A model generated the notes under the pieces. The model searched no databases, was not told the origin of the DNA, and saw only the letters and a list, made by a program, of their open reading frames with translations. The translations under genes were made by a program, and so were the position numbers. A stretch of DNA of 64,000 nucleotides, from assembly GCF_000143415.4 (NCBI RefSeq), contig NW_003314353.1, positions 50,075-114,074 on the forward strand. Direction: 5' to 3'. Within the stretch, counting starts at the first letter, position 1; every line of letters starts with the position of its first letter. The DNA is from Selaginella moellendorffii (lineage: Eukaryota > Plantae > Lycopodiophyta). Positions 63,588-64,000 of this stretch are shown here, one piece after another.

Positions 63588-64000
63588 GGGTCTTATGTTC
63601 AACTTTGTTAGTTAGTGTAAGCCACAAATTTTTTCTTTCCAATTTGCTAGCTTACCTCGTCTATCCATCCAACACTGCCTTGACTTTTGCTAAGTTCCCT
63701 CGCCAAGGTTCCCTCCTATGGTACCAGCTCCTACTTGGTCTTACTTGGTTTCAACTACTCACTACATAAGCAACGGAGTGTTAGCCATCCATCCACGGAT
63801 TCCCAAATCTCTCCCAATCCCCCTCCCCGGGTTAGACTAGACTTAAGGTTCGGCTACACTCCCCGCAAGCACAAGCAGCCAAGCACACCAAGCCTTCAGG
63901 TTTCTAACACCCCTTAGTACCACAAGACTTGATCATGGGACCCTCTAAATCCCAAGTCTTGGGTGCAACACTTGCTTCGGGATGCCAGGGCGAAACACCG

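Overview
Plant nuclear DNA, most likely the lycophyte Selaginella (inferred from ~45-75 nt introns, very short intergenic spacers, many PLS-type PPR relics and CVNH genes). Layout: (1) 1-12 kb, a degenerate Gypsy element whose 2.27-kb LTR is a fold-back with ~600-bp inverted arms, then a duplicated PPR/orphan ORF/pseudo-tRNA-Pro module. (2) 12-24 kb, a dense gene island: NAP1 relic, a spliced RGF/GOLVEN peptide precursor missing from the ORF track, OTC, ALS, MEX1, HMGB and an F-box/LRR gene. (3) 24-46 kb, a transposon nest: two dead GH3 paralogues, a TIR-flanked MULE/SWIM element, two chromovirus copies, a TRIM, and short LTRs carrying the 5S rRNA internal promoter (Cassandra-like), one split by the chromovirus. 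(4) 47-58 kb, stearoyl-ACP desaturase, a secreted legumin-like bicupin, plastidial alpha-glucan phosphorylase and a GDSL lipase. (5) 59.9-64 kb, decayed cyanovirin-N homologues and more LTR relics. Best leads: the RGF peptide gene, the 5S-promoter LTR family, the fold-back LTR, and the TIR-flanked SWIM transposase. All homology calls come from reading motifs by eye against remembered family consensus; no search was run.
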